A DNA stretch of 32,000 nucleotides, taken from contig OY969114.1 in NCBI GenBank assembly GCA_963698035.1, positions 90,001 through 122,000 of the forward strand. The letters run 5' to 3'. Made by a program: the position numbers and the translations under genes. This stretch comes from Candidatus Saccharimonadota bacterium. GTDB lineage: Archaea > Micrarchaeota > Micrarchaeia > Micrarchaeales > Micrarchaeaceae. This document shows, one piece after another, positions 16,040 through 24,960 of this stretch (position 1 is the stretch's first letter; every line of letters starts with the position of its first letter). The notes under the pieces are model-generated. The model had not been told where the DNA came from. It searched no databases and saw only the letters and a program-made list of their open reading frames with translations.

Positions 16040-16930
16040 TTATCGATTATCGCCTATCTGTTTTTTTAATAATAGCAACCCTTCCTTTATTGTCAGGGTC
16101 TTGAGGTTCGCCGCCCTTTCCGCTTTGTCAGTAACCACGTTTACGCTCCCCGGTCTTGGCGCTATCTGGTTCAGCTCCGGGCTGGTCACCGGAGTTATAA
16201 GACTGGGATCAAGATCGAAATGCTTTGCTATTTCTTTTGCAAAATCGTATCTGCTCACGCAGTCCTTTCCAGTTATGTGGAAGATTCCCGTCTCGTCCTT
16301 TCCATAGAGCCTGAAAAGAAATTCGGATAAATTATCCGTAAAGGTTGGATTGCTCTTCTGGTCTGTCACTATGCGCACTGTTTCGTTGTTTTGTAGCTTG
16401 GCTATCAGCCAGAGAGCAAAACTCACCTTGCCGCTGCCGCCAACCCCGTAAAGCACAGATGTCCTCGCAACTATGTAGTTCATGTCAAGGGCAGAGAGCA
16501 TGTACTCTACAACAAGCTTTGTTTTGGCGTAGTAATTCAGCGGATGGGGTTTGTCCTTTTCCGTATATTTAAGCTTCGCGCCGTCAAATACGTGATCGGT
16601 AGATATGAATATCAATTTGCTGCCAAGCTGTTTGCATGCTTCGGCAACGTGCCTCGTGCCCTCAACGTTTACCTGCCATGCCTCATCAGTATGGGTCTCG
16701 CAATAGTCTAGGTTTGTGAGGGAGTGTGTGTCTATCACGCAATCTGGCTTTACCTTTTCCATTAATTTAAAAACAGCCTTTCTGTCTGTTGCATCCAGCT
16801 TTAGGATGTTGCTTCCTCCCCTTGGCTCGTGGGTATTATAGGTTCCCCACATTTCGTAATCGTTCTTGCCAAGCTCCGTGAGCCTTGATCCAAGAAGACC
16901 GCTGCAGCCTATTACCAATAACCTTTCCAT
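16040..16930 (-). CDS. rmlD: dTDP-4-dehydrorhamnose reductase
   Basis: MERLLVIGCSGLLGSRL...; length ~297 aa; it sits with rmlA/B/C. A TATA-like tttaaata lies ~24 nt upstream of ATG 16930, which suggests a leaderless transcript. The ORF-track extension to 17059 overlaps rmlA and was rejected. Confidence 0.85.
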   Translation of the reverse strand: MERLLVIGCSGLLGSRLTELGKNDYEMWGTYNTHEPRGGSNILKLDATDRKAVFKLMEKVKPDCVIDTHSLTNLDYCETHTDEAWQVNVEGTRHVAEACKQLGSKLIFISTDHVFDGAKLKYTEKDKPHPLNYYAKTKLVVEYMLSALDMNYIVARTSVLYGVGGSGKVSFALWLIAKLQNNETVRIVTDQKSNPTFTDNLSEFLFRLYGKDETGIFHITGKDCVSRYDFAKEIAKHFDLDPSLITPVTSPELNQIAPRPGSVNVVTDKAERAANLKTLTIKEGLLLLKKQIGDNR

Positions 16931-16991
16931 GATTATATGATTAGATGGTAAGATATTTAAATGTTTATGCACTAACGATAATGCGAATAAT
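16931..16991. promoter_or_regulatory. Bidirectional promoter between rmlD-rmlB (minus) and rmlA-rmlC (plus)
   Basis: A 61-nt A/T-rich spacer with atatttaaatg (16953-16963) is readable as a TATA box on both strands, 24-35 nt from both ATGs. No SD-like sequence is present, consistent with leaderless mRNAs. Confidence 0.45.
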
Positions 16992-17744
16992 ATGAAAGGA
17001 GTTATACTAGCTGGAGGGAGTGGCTCTAGGCTTAGGCCGCTTACACAGGTTACAAACAAGCACTTACTGGCTATATATGACAGGCCAATGGTCCACTATC
17101 CATTGGAGCTTCTAAAGGGCTTTGGGTTAACCAATATTATACTGATAACAGGAAAGGAGTTTGGAGGCGATTTTACAAACCTTTTCGGAGATGGGAGCGC
17201 TTACGGCGTGGATTTCACATACAAAGTACAGGAGGACGCGTTCGGAATAGCCCACGCGCTTGGTATATGCAGAAATATTGTAAAGGATGACTCGGTGCTT
17301 GTGGTCCTGGGCGATAACATATTCAATTTTGAGAAAAACGAGATGGCAGAGCTGAGAAAAACCGTAAAGGGGTTTGCAGCGCACCCCAGAGGGGCTAGGA
17401 TATTTCTCAAGGAGGTGCCCGATCCCGAGCGTTTTGGAGTTGCAGAGCTTGATGGCAATGGTAGGGTCAGGAGCATAGAGGAAAAACCAAAGAAACCAAA
17501 ATCAAACTATGCTGTCACAGGCCTGTACATGTACGATAAAACAGTATTCAACAAAATAACTGCGCTGAAGCCATCGCACAGGGGCGAGCTCGAGATCACA
17601 GATGTAAACAACGCATACATAAGAGAGGGCAAGATGAAGTACAACATAATTAGGGGAGACTGGACAGATGCGGGAACATTCGATTCTCTGTTCAGAGCTG
17701 GGCAGATTGCAAAGAAAATTTCGGATGAAAAAAAGGGGAGATGA
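16992..17744 (+). CDS. rmlA: Glucose-1-phosphate thymidylyltransferase
   Basis: MKGVILAGGSGSRLRPLT...NKHLLAIYDRPMVHYPL...LGDNIF: nucleotidyltransferase signature. Confidence 0.9.
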   Translation: MKGVILAGGSGSRLRPLTQVTNKHLLAIYDRPMVHYPLELLKGFGLTNIILITGKEFGGDFTNLFGDGSAYGVDFTYKVQEDAFGIAHALGICRNIVKDDSVLVVLGDNIFNFEKNEMAELRKTVKGFAAHPRGARIFLKEVPDPERFGVAELDGNGRVRSIEEKPKKPKSNYAVTGLYMYDKTVFNKITALKPSHRGELEITDVNNAYIREGKMKYNIIRGDWTDAGTFDSLFRAGQIAKKISDEKKGR

Positions 17745-18297
17745 TCACTTGTTCAAATTTACAAAGCTCGGCATTCCGGGCATGATATTGATTGAAGCTC
17801 AGAAATTTGGAGATAATAGAGGTTCACTGTCTGAATCGTACAAGGCGCCCGAGTTTCTGGAGAACGGCATTCCGGCCTTTAATCAGGATATTATTTCTAT
17901 ATCAAAGAAGAATGTAATACGGGGCTTGCACTATCAGCTGGAGCCCATGGAGCAGGGAAAGCTTGTCAGGGTCCTTAAGGGGCGCATATTCGATGTTGGC
18001 GTAGACATTAGAAGGGGTTCACCGCATTTTGGCAAGTGGCACGGTGAGGAACTCTCAGAAGAGAACAGCAGGATTCTTTGGATACCAAAGGGATTTGCAC
18101 ATGGCTTTTCAGCCCTGGAAGATGATTCAGTCGTATTCTACAAAACAACAAAGATTTATTCAAAAGAGCACGAGCGCGGAATCGCTTGGAACGATTCAGA
18201 CATCAACATAGCCTGGCCGGTAAAAGAACCGGTGATATCCGAGAGGGATGCAAAGCTTCCGGGGCTTAAGGAAGCGGAAATGAATTTTGACTTTTGA
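17725..18297 (+). CDS. rmlC: dTDP-4-dehydrorhamnose 3,5-epimerase
   Basis: FGDNRGSLSESY...RGLHYQ...GKLVRVLKGRIFDVGVDIR...WIPKGFAHGF. The start is either ATG 17725 (20-nt overlap with rmlA) or in-frame TTG 17749. The ORF-track start 17668 is unlikely. Confidence 0.85.
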   Translation: MKKRGDDHLFKFTKLGIPGMILIEAQKFGDNRGSLSESYKAPEFLENGIPAFNQDIISISKKNVIRGLHYQLEPMEQGKLVRVLKGRIFDVGVDIRRGSPHFGKWHGEELSEENSRILWIPKGFAHGFSALEDDSVVFYKTTKIYSKEHERGIAWNDSDINIAWPVKEPVISERDAKLPGLKEAEMNFDF

Positions 18298-18338
18298 AGA
18301 ACCGCAGTTTTTATACATCTTGCAAAGATAAAACCATT

Positions 18339-18368
18339 ACTGAATCAGAGCGGGCCTTATTATTCAGT
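18339..18368. terminator. Candidate bidirectional terminator hairpin between convergent rmlC and the acetyltransferase gene
   Basis: actgaat (18339-18345) pairs with attcagt (18362-18368): a 7-bp stem with a 16-nt loop. A T5 tract lies just upstream at 18308-18312. Confidence 0.3.
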
Positions 18369-18372
18369 GCCT

Positions 18373-19140
18373 CTAGAAACCACGCCGTTTACGGCGTTGG
18401 AGGAAAGAAGTGGTTTCATTTTCTTTTAGTGCCAATAACTTTTTATATGCAATCTCGGGTTTTTCGTAAAATAAATTCCAGTGCTCTTTTAAAACCTCAG
18501 CGTTAAGCTCCCACCATCGAAGCTCCTTCAACTTCTTTATTGTTGCTTTATTGAATCTGTATCGTATCAGCCTGACAGGAACGCCTGCATATATGCCATA
18601 GTCATCCAATTTCTTGCCTTGCGGGATAAGACTTTTAGCACCTACTACTACGCCGTCCCCGATTTTCACTCCTCCCAGTATAGTAACATCATCTCCGATC
18701 AAGACATCATTTCCGATTTCTACTTTGCCCAAATCAAATGTATACTCTTTATTTGTTGGCTCATTTACTATCATATGATAAAAGGGATATGTAGAGATTA
18801 AATCTGGATTGTGCCCTCCTGTAGCAATTACAGATAAGTTTTGGCCTATACTTACAAAATTACCTATTGTTATTGATGCTTTATCCGTTATATTAACATT
18901 TCCGTAGCTTCCAACTCCAACCCTAACGTCGCTAGGTCTACCGCCGGTAGGATGAAATACAACCATACCTACTTTGTATGTCTTTTTCTTATTTAGGAAA
19001 AAACCAAAGAATCCCTCCCAGAATATGCCCTTTCTGAAATCCCTCCAAGCTCGAAGAAAAATATTAGGTCGGTCAGGTAAAAAGGAAGAAGATTGGTTTG
19101 TTCTGTTTCGCATTTCAATCGCGTTTTTAAGATGTCCCAT
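18373..19140 (-). CDS. Hexapeptide-repeat acetyltransferase, XAT (CatB/Vat-like) class
   Basis: Left-handed beta-helix repeats (IGNFVSIGQNLSVI..., IGNDVLIGDDVTILGGVKIGDGVVVGA). GGHNPDLISTYPF is the XAT signature. The C-terminal RF...LKELRWWEL resembles the Vat/CatB tail. The N-terminal ~65 aa include the hydrophobic GIFWEGFFGFFL. Confidence 0.8.
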   Translation of the reverse strand: MGHLKNAIEMRNRTNQSSSFLPDRPNIFLRAWRDFRKGIFWEGFFGFFLNKKKTYKVGMVVFHPTGGRPSDVRVGVGSYGNVNITDKASITIGNFVSIGQNLSVIATGGHNPDLISTYPFYHMIVNEPTNKEYTFDLGKVEIGNDVLIGDDVTILGGVKIGDGVVVGAKSLIPQGKKLDDYGIYAGVPVRLIRYRFNKATIKKLKELRWWELNAEVLKEHWNLFYEKPEIAYKKLLALKENETTSFLQRRKRRGF

Positions 19141-19220
19141 CCTTTAGGTGGGAACTAAGTTATTTTGATTTTATTAGTAGGTATATATTTGTTTGCATGA
19201 CGGAAACCTAAGCCACACTG

Positions 19221-20272
19221 CTACCATTTGATTTTTTTATAGTAACTAAACGCTGCACCTTTATTCAGCGTCTTGTCAAGATTGTAATCTACTACGGCCT
19301 TGATGCCTGCTGGCAGATTCCACAGAGATCCATACTTTTTAACGCCGAATATATGTCTTTCTCCTTTTGGTATTGTTCTTGTAAGAAAGGTACTAAAAAA
19401 TACTACCGGAACTTCTGCAAGAGACTTTCTGATCCTTTGCTTTGCGGTAAGCGAATCACGGTGCTTGTCAAAGAAATAGAGATAGTTTCTAATGCTTTTG
19501 TATGTCATTACCTTCTGAGCCGAAATAGACATGCTCCATAGCTTTGCATGGGTGGAACTGCCAACGTGTATTATAGATGCTTTATCTGTTACCAGCACCT
19601 TATATCCGGCATCTTTTGCCCTAAGAGAATAGTCCAGATCTTCAAACCCGACAACGAAATTCTCATCCAGCATCCCTATTTTTTTAATAACTTCACGTTT
19701 TATTAGGAACGCAGGACCGGGGAATACATCCACGTCGATGCATCCGTGGAATCTCTTTTCCTTTCCGGGTTTTATTGGAACATTTTTACCATTTAGAAAA
19801 ACTCCGCCAATAGACTGCAATGTACCATCTGGGTTTAATATTCTGCAGGAGACGATCCCAGCCTGATTTTCAGCATCTGCTACTTTCACAATCTCTGTCA
19901 ACCAATTAGTGTTCTTAACAAAAGCATCGTTGTTGTAAAGCATTATGTATTTTGGGTTGTATTTTTTAATCGCATATTTGATGCCGATATTGCAAATCTT
20001 AGAGAAGTTGTATATGTTTTTCTTGATATCGATAGTTTCTACTCCGCGCTTTTTAAGAAAATCCTTTGAAGAGTCGGTCGATCCATCATCAACAACCACT
20101 ACTTTGTAATCTTTGTACGTAGTTCTCTTCAACGAGTCCAAACACCGTTCTATTATTCCGTGCCCTTTAAACTTTATATCGACTCCGTTGTAGTTTAGAA
20201 TTAAAATTACGACTTTTGCTTTCCTATTTGGAGCTATTAAACCACTTTTTTCTTTAATATCGAATACTGCAT
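19221..20272 (-). CDS. GT2-family glycosyltransferase with an apparent frameshift near the 5' end
   Basis: The body encodes ...AKVVILILNYNGVD...IERCLDSLKRTTYKDYKVVVVDDGSTD...FEDLDYSLR (GT2 DxD/ED motifs). The conserved N-terminal strand lies upstream of the ORF-track TTG (20141), in a frame with no canonical start. ATG 20272 lies 1 nt after the upstream stop (TAAT-ATG) and is one frame off across an A6 run (plus T-run 20246-20251). Confidence 0.8.
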
Positions 20273-20273
20273 A

Positions 20274-21347
20274 TTAAACCAAATGCTCTTTCTCTTGTAT
20301 AATCTTATACACTTCTAGGGTATTTCGGGCTGTTTTCTCCCATGTGAAGCTTCTCGCGTATTCAATTGCCTTTCTCCTTGATTTTTCATTGTAACCGTTG
20401 CTCTTAAGGTTCTCAAATAACTGCGCCATATGACTTTCATCTTCGGCCTCAAGGCAGTACCTTCTAACCTCTTTTGGGGTTTTACTTTTTTTGTAGATTA
20501 TAACAGGAAGACCCCTTGCCTGTGCCTCCAGTATCGGCAGGCCAAATCCCTCATAGATAGATGGGTGCACAAAAACATCAAAAGAGTCGTATGTTTCCAC
20601 AAGCTTATCTTCTGGAGCGAATCCCTTAAACATAATTCTTCTATCACCCTTGCTCAGGTCTACAAGTTTATCGTACTGTGCCTTTTTGGACCCCCAAAGC
20701 TCAAATGACATGTTTTGGTCGCTCGTTTTTTTGAACGCCTTTATCGCCATGCTCAGGTTTTTTGCACTGTTGAACGAACCTATATATCCGACCTTAAAGG
20801 TTTTTTTGTTATGCTTCTTGCCTTTTAATTTCTTTGACGTAAACCTTCTGTCTACCCCAAGAGAGGTCATAAAAATCCGATTTTTGTCAAAGCCATACCT
20901 AACGCACTCCTCTGTTGCCTGTGTTGAATCGGTTATCAGGTAATCGGCCTTCAGCGTGCTCTTTATGCCAGGTGTCATCAACAAATTTAGACCTAGAAAA
21001 CCCCGAACCGTCCTGTACTCTGGGCGGGCCCTCATACTTGGCAGCAATACGTGCAGGTCGAATATTGTATGAACAGAAATTGCCTTCCCGTACCTGATAC
21101 GTGGTATATTATCGGCAAACTCATGTATTATGTCATATTTGCTCAGGTCCTTTAGGGGGCCGTAGATAAACTGGGAGAAACCGAGGAAGACCGAGGGCAG
21201 CGCTTTAAGTGTTTCCTGGTATATGTCTATTCCTGGATGCTTCATTATTGCAAAATTTTTTACCAATTCGTATATGTACCTTTGTGTACCCTGATCTGCA
21301 GGGGTGAAATCAAAGTTTCTTTTCATCCCTACCATGCATACTTTCAT
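20274..21347 (-). CDS. GT-B glycosyltransferase (GT4-type), paralog family A
   Basis: PSIYEGFGLPILEAQARGLPVII. The C-terminus YARSFTWEKTARNTLEVYKII is nearly identical to that of 26145..27218. Confidence 0.85.
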   Translation of the reverse strand: MKVCMVGMKRNFDFTPADQGTQRYIYELVKNFAIMKHPGIDIYQETLKALPSVFLGFSQFIYGPLKDLSKYDIIHEFADNIPRIRYGKAISVHTIFDLHVLLPSMRARPEYRTVRGFLGLNLLMTPGIKSTLKADYLITDSTQATEECVRYGFDKNRIFMTSLGVDRRFTSKKLKGKKHNKKTFKVGYIGSFNSAKNLSMAIKAFKKTSDQNMSFELWGSKKAQYDKLVDLSKGDRRIMFKGFAPEDKLVETYDSFDVFVHPSIYEGFGLPILEAQARGLPVIIYKKSKTPKEVRRYCLEAEDESHMAQLFENLKSNGYNEKSRRKAIEYARSFTWEKTARNTLEVYKIIQEKEHLV

Positions 21348-21371
21348 TTTTTCTACCCAGATTTAATATTG

Positions 21372-21412
21372 GGCATTTTATAGATCTAGAGATCTAATCC
21401 GTATAAAATGCC
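21372..21412. promoter_or_regulatory. 41-nt nested inverted repeat containing TATA-like boxes; terminator and/or promoter-operator between the SDR gene and the GT4 gene
   Basis: The outer arms ggcattttata (21372-21382) and tataaaatgcc (21402-21412) are perfect complements. The inner arms are tagatct / agatcta (21381-21396). On the minus strand, tataaaat lies ~27 nt upstream of ATG 21347. Confidence 0.45.
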
Positions 21413-21422
21413 TAAAAAGGAT

Positions 21423-22385
21423 TTAATTTGAAGAGTGTTTATTTTTAATTGCATTTCTCCAATAGGCTATAGTTAACTTTAGACCTGCCTTCAAATCATA
21501 TTTGGGTTCCCAGTTCAGTAATTTATGTGCTTTAGTATTATCACCTATTAAATATTGTGCATCGAGAGGCCGTCTTGGTGTGCTATTCCATACGATTTCG
21601 CCATCGAACTTTGTAAGTTCAGCTATAAGCTCAGCAACTTGTTTTGTAGAATAGCCTACGCCTGTACACAAGTTAATCACCTGCCCGATTGCCTTTTCAT
21701 TGCCGATTGCCTTTACATAGCCGTTTGCATGATCATCAACATAAACCCAATCTCTTACTGCTTTAGGATCGCCAAGATAAATCCTGTTTTTCGTAAGCAT
21801 TTGTGTTATTGTTCTTTCAATAAAGAAATGGGGGTTGTCGGTTCTTCCGTAGGTGTTGAATGGCCTTAGTATCGTGCATGGAAAATTATACGCAATGTGC
21901 ATGTATTTAAGATAATACTCAGCAGCAACTTTTGCAACAGCATAGGGGCTGTTGGGCAGCTGGATCATATCTTCCTTTAGTTTACTTTTGTTATCTTTTA
22001 GTAGCATGCCATATTCCTCGCTTGTACCAGCGAATAGGAACTGTTTGAGGTTGGGTGCTTCTCTGTAGCAGGCCTCGGCCAAATTTAGCGTTCCTATGTA
22101 ATTAACATCGGAGACCTCGATATATCTATCATAGGAAAATGAAACAGCGGAAATGCTGGCGAGGTGTATTACGTAATCTGGCTTCACATCCTTTACTATA
22201 TTTTTTATTGAGGAATAATCAGTAAGGTTTGCGTTATGCCTTACTACGTCCCCGCTTTGATCGAGCGAATACCTACCCGTAACATACCTTTCAAGGGTAT
22301 GAATTTCGTATTTGCCGCCCCCTAGCTTATTTAGCAATGCTTTTCCTATAAAACCGGTAGATCCGGTAATCAACACCCTTTCCAT
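21423..22385 (-). CDS. NDP-sugar dehydratase/epimerase (extended SDR)
   Basis: MERVLITGSTGFIGKAL, GTSEEYG (a Thr-Ser-Glu pattern like 4,6-dehydratases) and YAVAKVAAEYY (YxxxK). Start taken at ATG 22385; the ORF-track start 22409 adds 8 non-homologous codons. Confidence 0.85.
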   Translation of the reverse strand: MERVLITGSTGFIGKALLNKLGGGKYEIHTLERYVTGRYSLDQSGDVVRHNANLTDYSSIKNIVKDVKPDYVIHLASISAVSFSYDRYIEVSDVNYIGTLNLAEACYREAPNLKQFLFAGTSEEYGMLLKDNKSKLKEDMIQLPNSPYAVAKVAAEYYLKYMHIAYNFPCTILRPFNTYGRTDNPHFFIERTITQMLTKNRIYLGDPKAVRDWVYVDDHANGYVKAIGNEKAIGQVINLCTGVGYSTKQVAELIAELTKFDGEIVWNSTPRRPLDAQYLIGDNTKAHKLLNWEPKYDLKAGLKLTIAYWRNAIKNKHSSN

Positions 22386-22478
22386 TAAATAACCTTCAAT
22401 CAGCAACAATAATAGTATATTTAGTGTTAGATGTATTTAAAATACTACTCATGTATCAAAGTTCATATATCCGCCCTT

Positions 22479-23681
22479 TTAGGGTGCCTCTATAATTTGG
22501 AGGATTTTCGACCAGAAATCAAGCGCATCTTTTTCGTAGTGCCCCTTTAGTGCGCTATATACATTGTCTTGGATTTTGCGCATGAGTTTCGGATTTCTCT
22601 CAAGCTCCCTTATCCTGCCCGCGTATTTGCTGATGTCATCCTCCACTATTGCGTTGTACCTATCAATCGCGTTAAAACCTAAAAATGCATCGGTTGTAGC
22701 TATTACAATCTTGCCAGCCGTCAGATAATCAAATACCTTAATTTTGTACCCCGTGTTCCCAGCTGGAAGCGGGCATATGCATAAATCAATATCAGCAAAA
22801 AGCTTCTTAAGCGGCAGGTATTTGCCAGAGTATTTTACATTTCCTGAAGTGCGCTCCGGGCAGCCATGTCCGTGTATAATAAATTCTTTTTCAGGAAACT
22901 GAGGTGCGATTTTGTATTCTATTTCATCCATTGCTTTAGTGTGCTGAGCTGACCCGTAACTTGACATGAATAGTATCTTTTTTATTGTTAACACCCTCTT
23001 CCTTTTTATCAATTTATCTTTAGTGACATAGCTGCCCATGGCGGTAAATATCTTGCCTCGGGCGTTTGGAAATCTTTTCAAGACCGTTTTTGCATGCTGC
23101 TTGGCGGGCACAACAAATGCATCAGAAACATCGATCAAAGTGCTGTATAGATGGTCCTGGTACTTAAGGTAATTTTTCTTCAGAAATTTACTTAGATACC
23201 TTATCGCAAGAGAGGATTGGTTATTGCTGCTTATGCTTTTAGTAAGCGCAAAATTGAATTCGTTGCTGGGTGCATCCATGTATGTTATTACCTTTACATG
23301 CGGATCCTCGCGCTTGTACCTTATCATGGTCTTCGCAGGTAGCGTGCCGACTAGAAATATTATATCAGGATTGTACCTGTGCAGGGCATCTGTAAGGCGT
23401 TTTGATCTGCCGAATAGTTCGATTCTGGGCTTGAAACCAAGCGTGCTAAGGACAAAGAACTCTATGATCCTTAGGGATACAGGATTATTAACTTCGGGGT
23501 TTGGCAAGTTTACCTGATTCTGCTTATAGCCATAGAGATATCCGGTTTTGTTGACCGTTGATAACGAGAATGCCTCGACATGCATGCCCAGCTTCTCGAA
23601 GGCCCTTATAATGTCGCGAAGAATATTGAAACCAGTAAATGAGTCCAGTGGCACCTGGGCAATCAACGCTAACTTTTTCAT
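22479..23681 (-). CDS. GT-B-fold glycosyltransferase-like protein (tandem paralog family C)
   Basis: The 400-aa protein is a paralog of 23705..24946 (MKKLALIAQ... versus MKKVALINM...). Its C-terminal half has a Glycos_transf_1-like layout: KKILFMSSYG...IIHGHG...NVKYSG...DLCICPL...GYKIKVFDYLTAGKIVIAT. Confidence 0.6.
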   Translation of the reverse strand: MKKLALIAQVPLDSFTGFNILRDIIRAFEKLGMHVEAFSLSTVNKTGYLYGYKQNQVNLPNPEVNNPVSLRIIEFFVLSTLGFKPRIELFGRSKRLTDALHRYNPDIIFLVGTLPAKTMIRYKREDPHVKVITYMDAPSNEFNFALTKSISSNNQSSLAIRYLSKFLKKNYLKYQDHLYSTLIDVSDAFVVPAKQHAKTVLKRFPNARGKIFTAMGSYVTKDKLIKRKRVLTIKKILFMSSYGSAQHTKAMDEIEYKIAPQFPEKEFIIHGHGCPERTSGNVKYSGKYLPLKKLFADIDLCICPLPAGNTGYKIKVFDYLTAGKIVIATTDAFLGFNAIDRYNAIVEDDISKYAGRIRELERNPKLMRKIQDNVYSALKGHYEKDALDFWSKILQIIEAP

Positions 23682-23704
23682 CTAATCCCCAATAGATCTG
23701 CCAT

Positions 23705-24946
23705 CTAAACACCCCTGCTTGGACTTGAGCTGAAGATGTGCTTTAATATGGTAGCCCATTTTTTAATCACATCTGGTTTGTAATGTCCATCCAGAGCGGT
23801 ATTGGCATTTTTCTGTATCTTGTCCCTGAGCTTGTGATTCCTGTCGAGTTGTGATATTCTATCCGGGTACCTGTCTATTTTGTCTTCTATGATGGAATTA
23901 AAGCCGTCTACCACCCTATATCCCGTAAATGTCAGTTTTGTCCCGATTACAATCTTGCTCGCTTCCATGTAATCTGATATTTTGGTTTTTATGCCGGAAA
24001 CATATCCAATAATCGGCGAGATGCACACGTCCGCATCTCTCAGGACGCCATCAGAGGACATTTTTGTGCCGTCAATGAACTGAACATTTCCAATCTTCTT
24101 GTTAGGGCATCCCCTTCCAAAGATTACAAATTTTTTATCGGGCAATTTAGGTGCGATGAATTCCGTTATGTTCTTCATTGCAATAGCGTTTGGGATGTGG
24201 CCATAGCTTCCAATAAAAAGAATACTCTTTATCTTCCCTTTAATCTTTTTTGGTTTAGTTGACTTGGGCTCCCACCATTCAGGGTATAGAGCGAATATGT
24301 TTTTCCTGAACTTTGGGAACTGCCTGCTTATTTCCTTCCTGTGCATATCGTCTGTCGCCAGGAACGCATCTGTTATCGAGACTTGCAGCCCGTAGATTGA
24401 TAGATAATATTTGACGTATCTGCCCCTCAAAACCTTATCAATAAACTTCAAGAGTATTGGATTGCCTTTGTTGATTTTCAACCAATCTATGGCATCATCA
24501 ATCTCTGCCTCGATTCCCTTGCAAGAGTCAGAGAAGCACATCATTTTTACGTTTTGGTTTCCTGACTGATCCAGATACTTCTTCATTAATTTTGCCGTTA
24601 TGCAATCGGCTGCAAATATTATGTCTGGTTTGTAGTTATCGAGTTCTCGCAGCAATGCTGGAGAATGATTAATGAATTCAATGGTGGGCCTGAACCCAAA
24701 CAAAACCAAAAAAATGAAGTCTAGATACCTCGCTGCGCCGAATTTGTCTCCTAGGGGTCTGAACGATTTTATTTCGTGCTGCTTGAAACCGTAGACCTCT
24801 GAAGTTTTATTTTTGTCTGAAAATGAGAAGAACTCGGAGTGCATGCCCAACTCATCAAAGGCGTACGCGCTGTATCTTGTTATCTTGTTCGCGTACTGGT
24901 TCTCGCCTTCAAATGGATACATATTTATTAAAGCTACTTTCTTCAT
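23705..24946 (-). CDS. GT-B-fold glycosyltransferase-like protein (tandem paralog family C)
   Basis: The 413-aa protein has the same layout as 22479..23681: SILFIGSYG...VIFGRG...NVQFIDG...DVCISPI...GIKTKISDYMEASKIVIGT. Confidence 0.6.
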   Translation of the reverse strand: MKKVALINMYPFEGENQYANKITRYSAYAFDELGMHSEFFSFSDKNKTSEVYGFKQHEIKSFRPLGDKFGAARYLDFIFLVLFGFRPTIEFINHSPALLRELDNYKPDIIFAADCITAKLMKKYLDQSGNQNVKMMCFSDSCKGIEAEIDDAIDWLKINKGNPILLKFIDKVLRGRYVKYYLSIYGLQVSITDAFLATDDMHRKEISRQFPKFRKNIFALYPEWWEPKSTKPKKIKGKIKSILFIGSYGHIPNAIAMKNITEFIAPKLPDKKFVIFGRGCPNKKIGNVQFIDGTKMSSDGVLRDADVCISPIIGYVSGIKTKISDYMEASKIVIGTKLTFTGYRVVDGFNSIIEDKIDRYPDRISQLDRNHKLRDKIQKNANTALDGHYKPDVIKKWATILKHIFSSSPSRGV

Positions 24947-24960
24947 TGGATCAGTTTCTT

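Noticed and set aside
15940-17059. N-terminal extensions of rmlB (to 16038) and rmlD (to 17059) in the ORF track.
   Set aside because: Both enzymes begin with the Rossmann strand at internal Mets (MKLLVTGGAGFIG at 15939; MERLLVIGCSG at 16930). The extensions are non-homologous, and the rmlD one would run through the divergent promoter into rmlA.
20141-21347. Stop-codon readthrough fusing the GT4 (20274..21347) and GT2 genes, which share the same frame.
   Set aside because: A well-placed ATG (TAAT-ATG coupling) one frame off across a homopolymer explains the data more simply. I know of no precedent or readthrough context.
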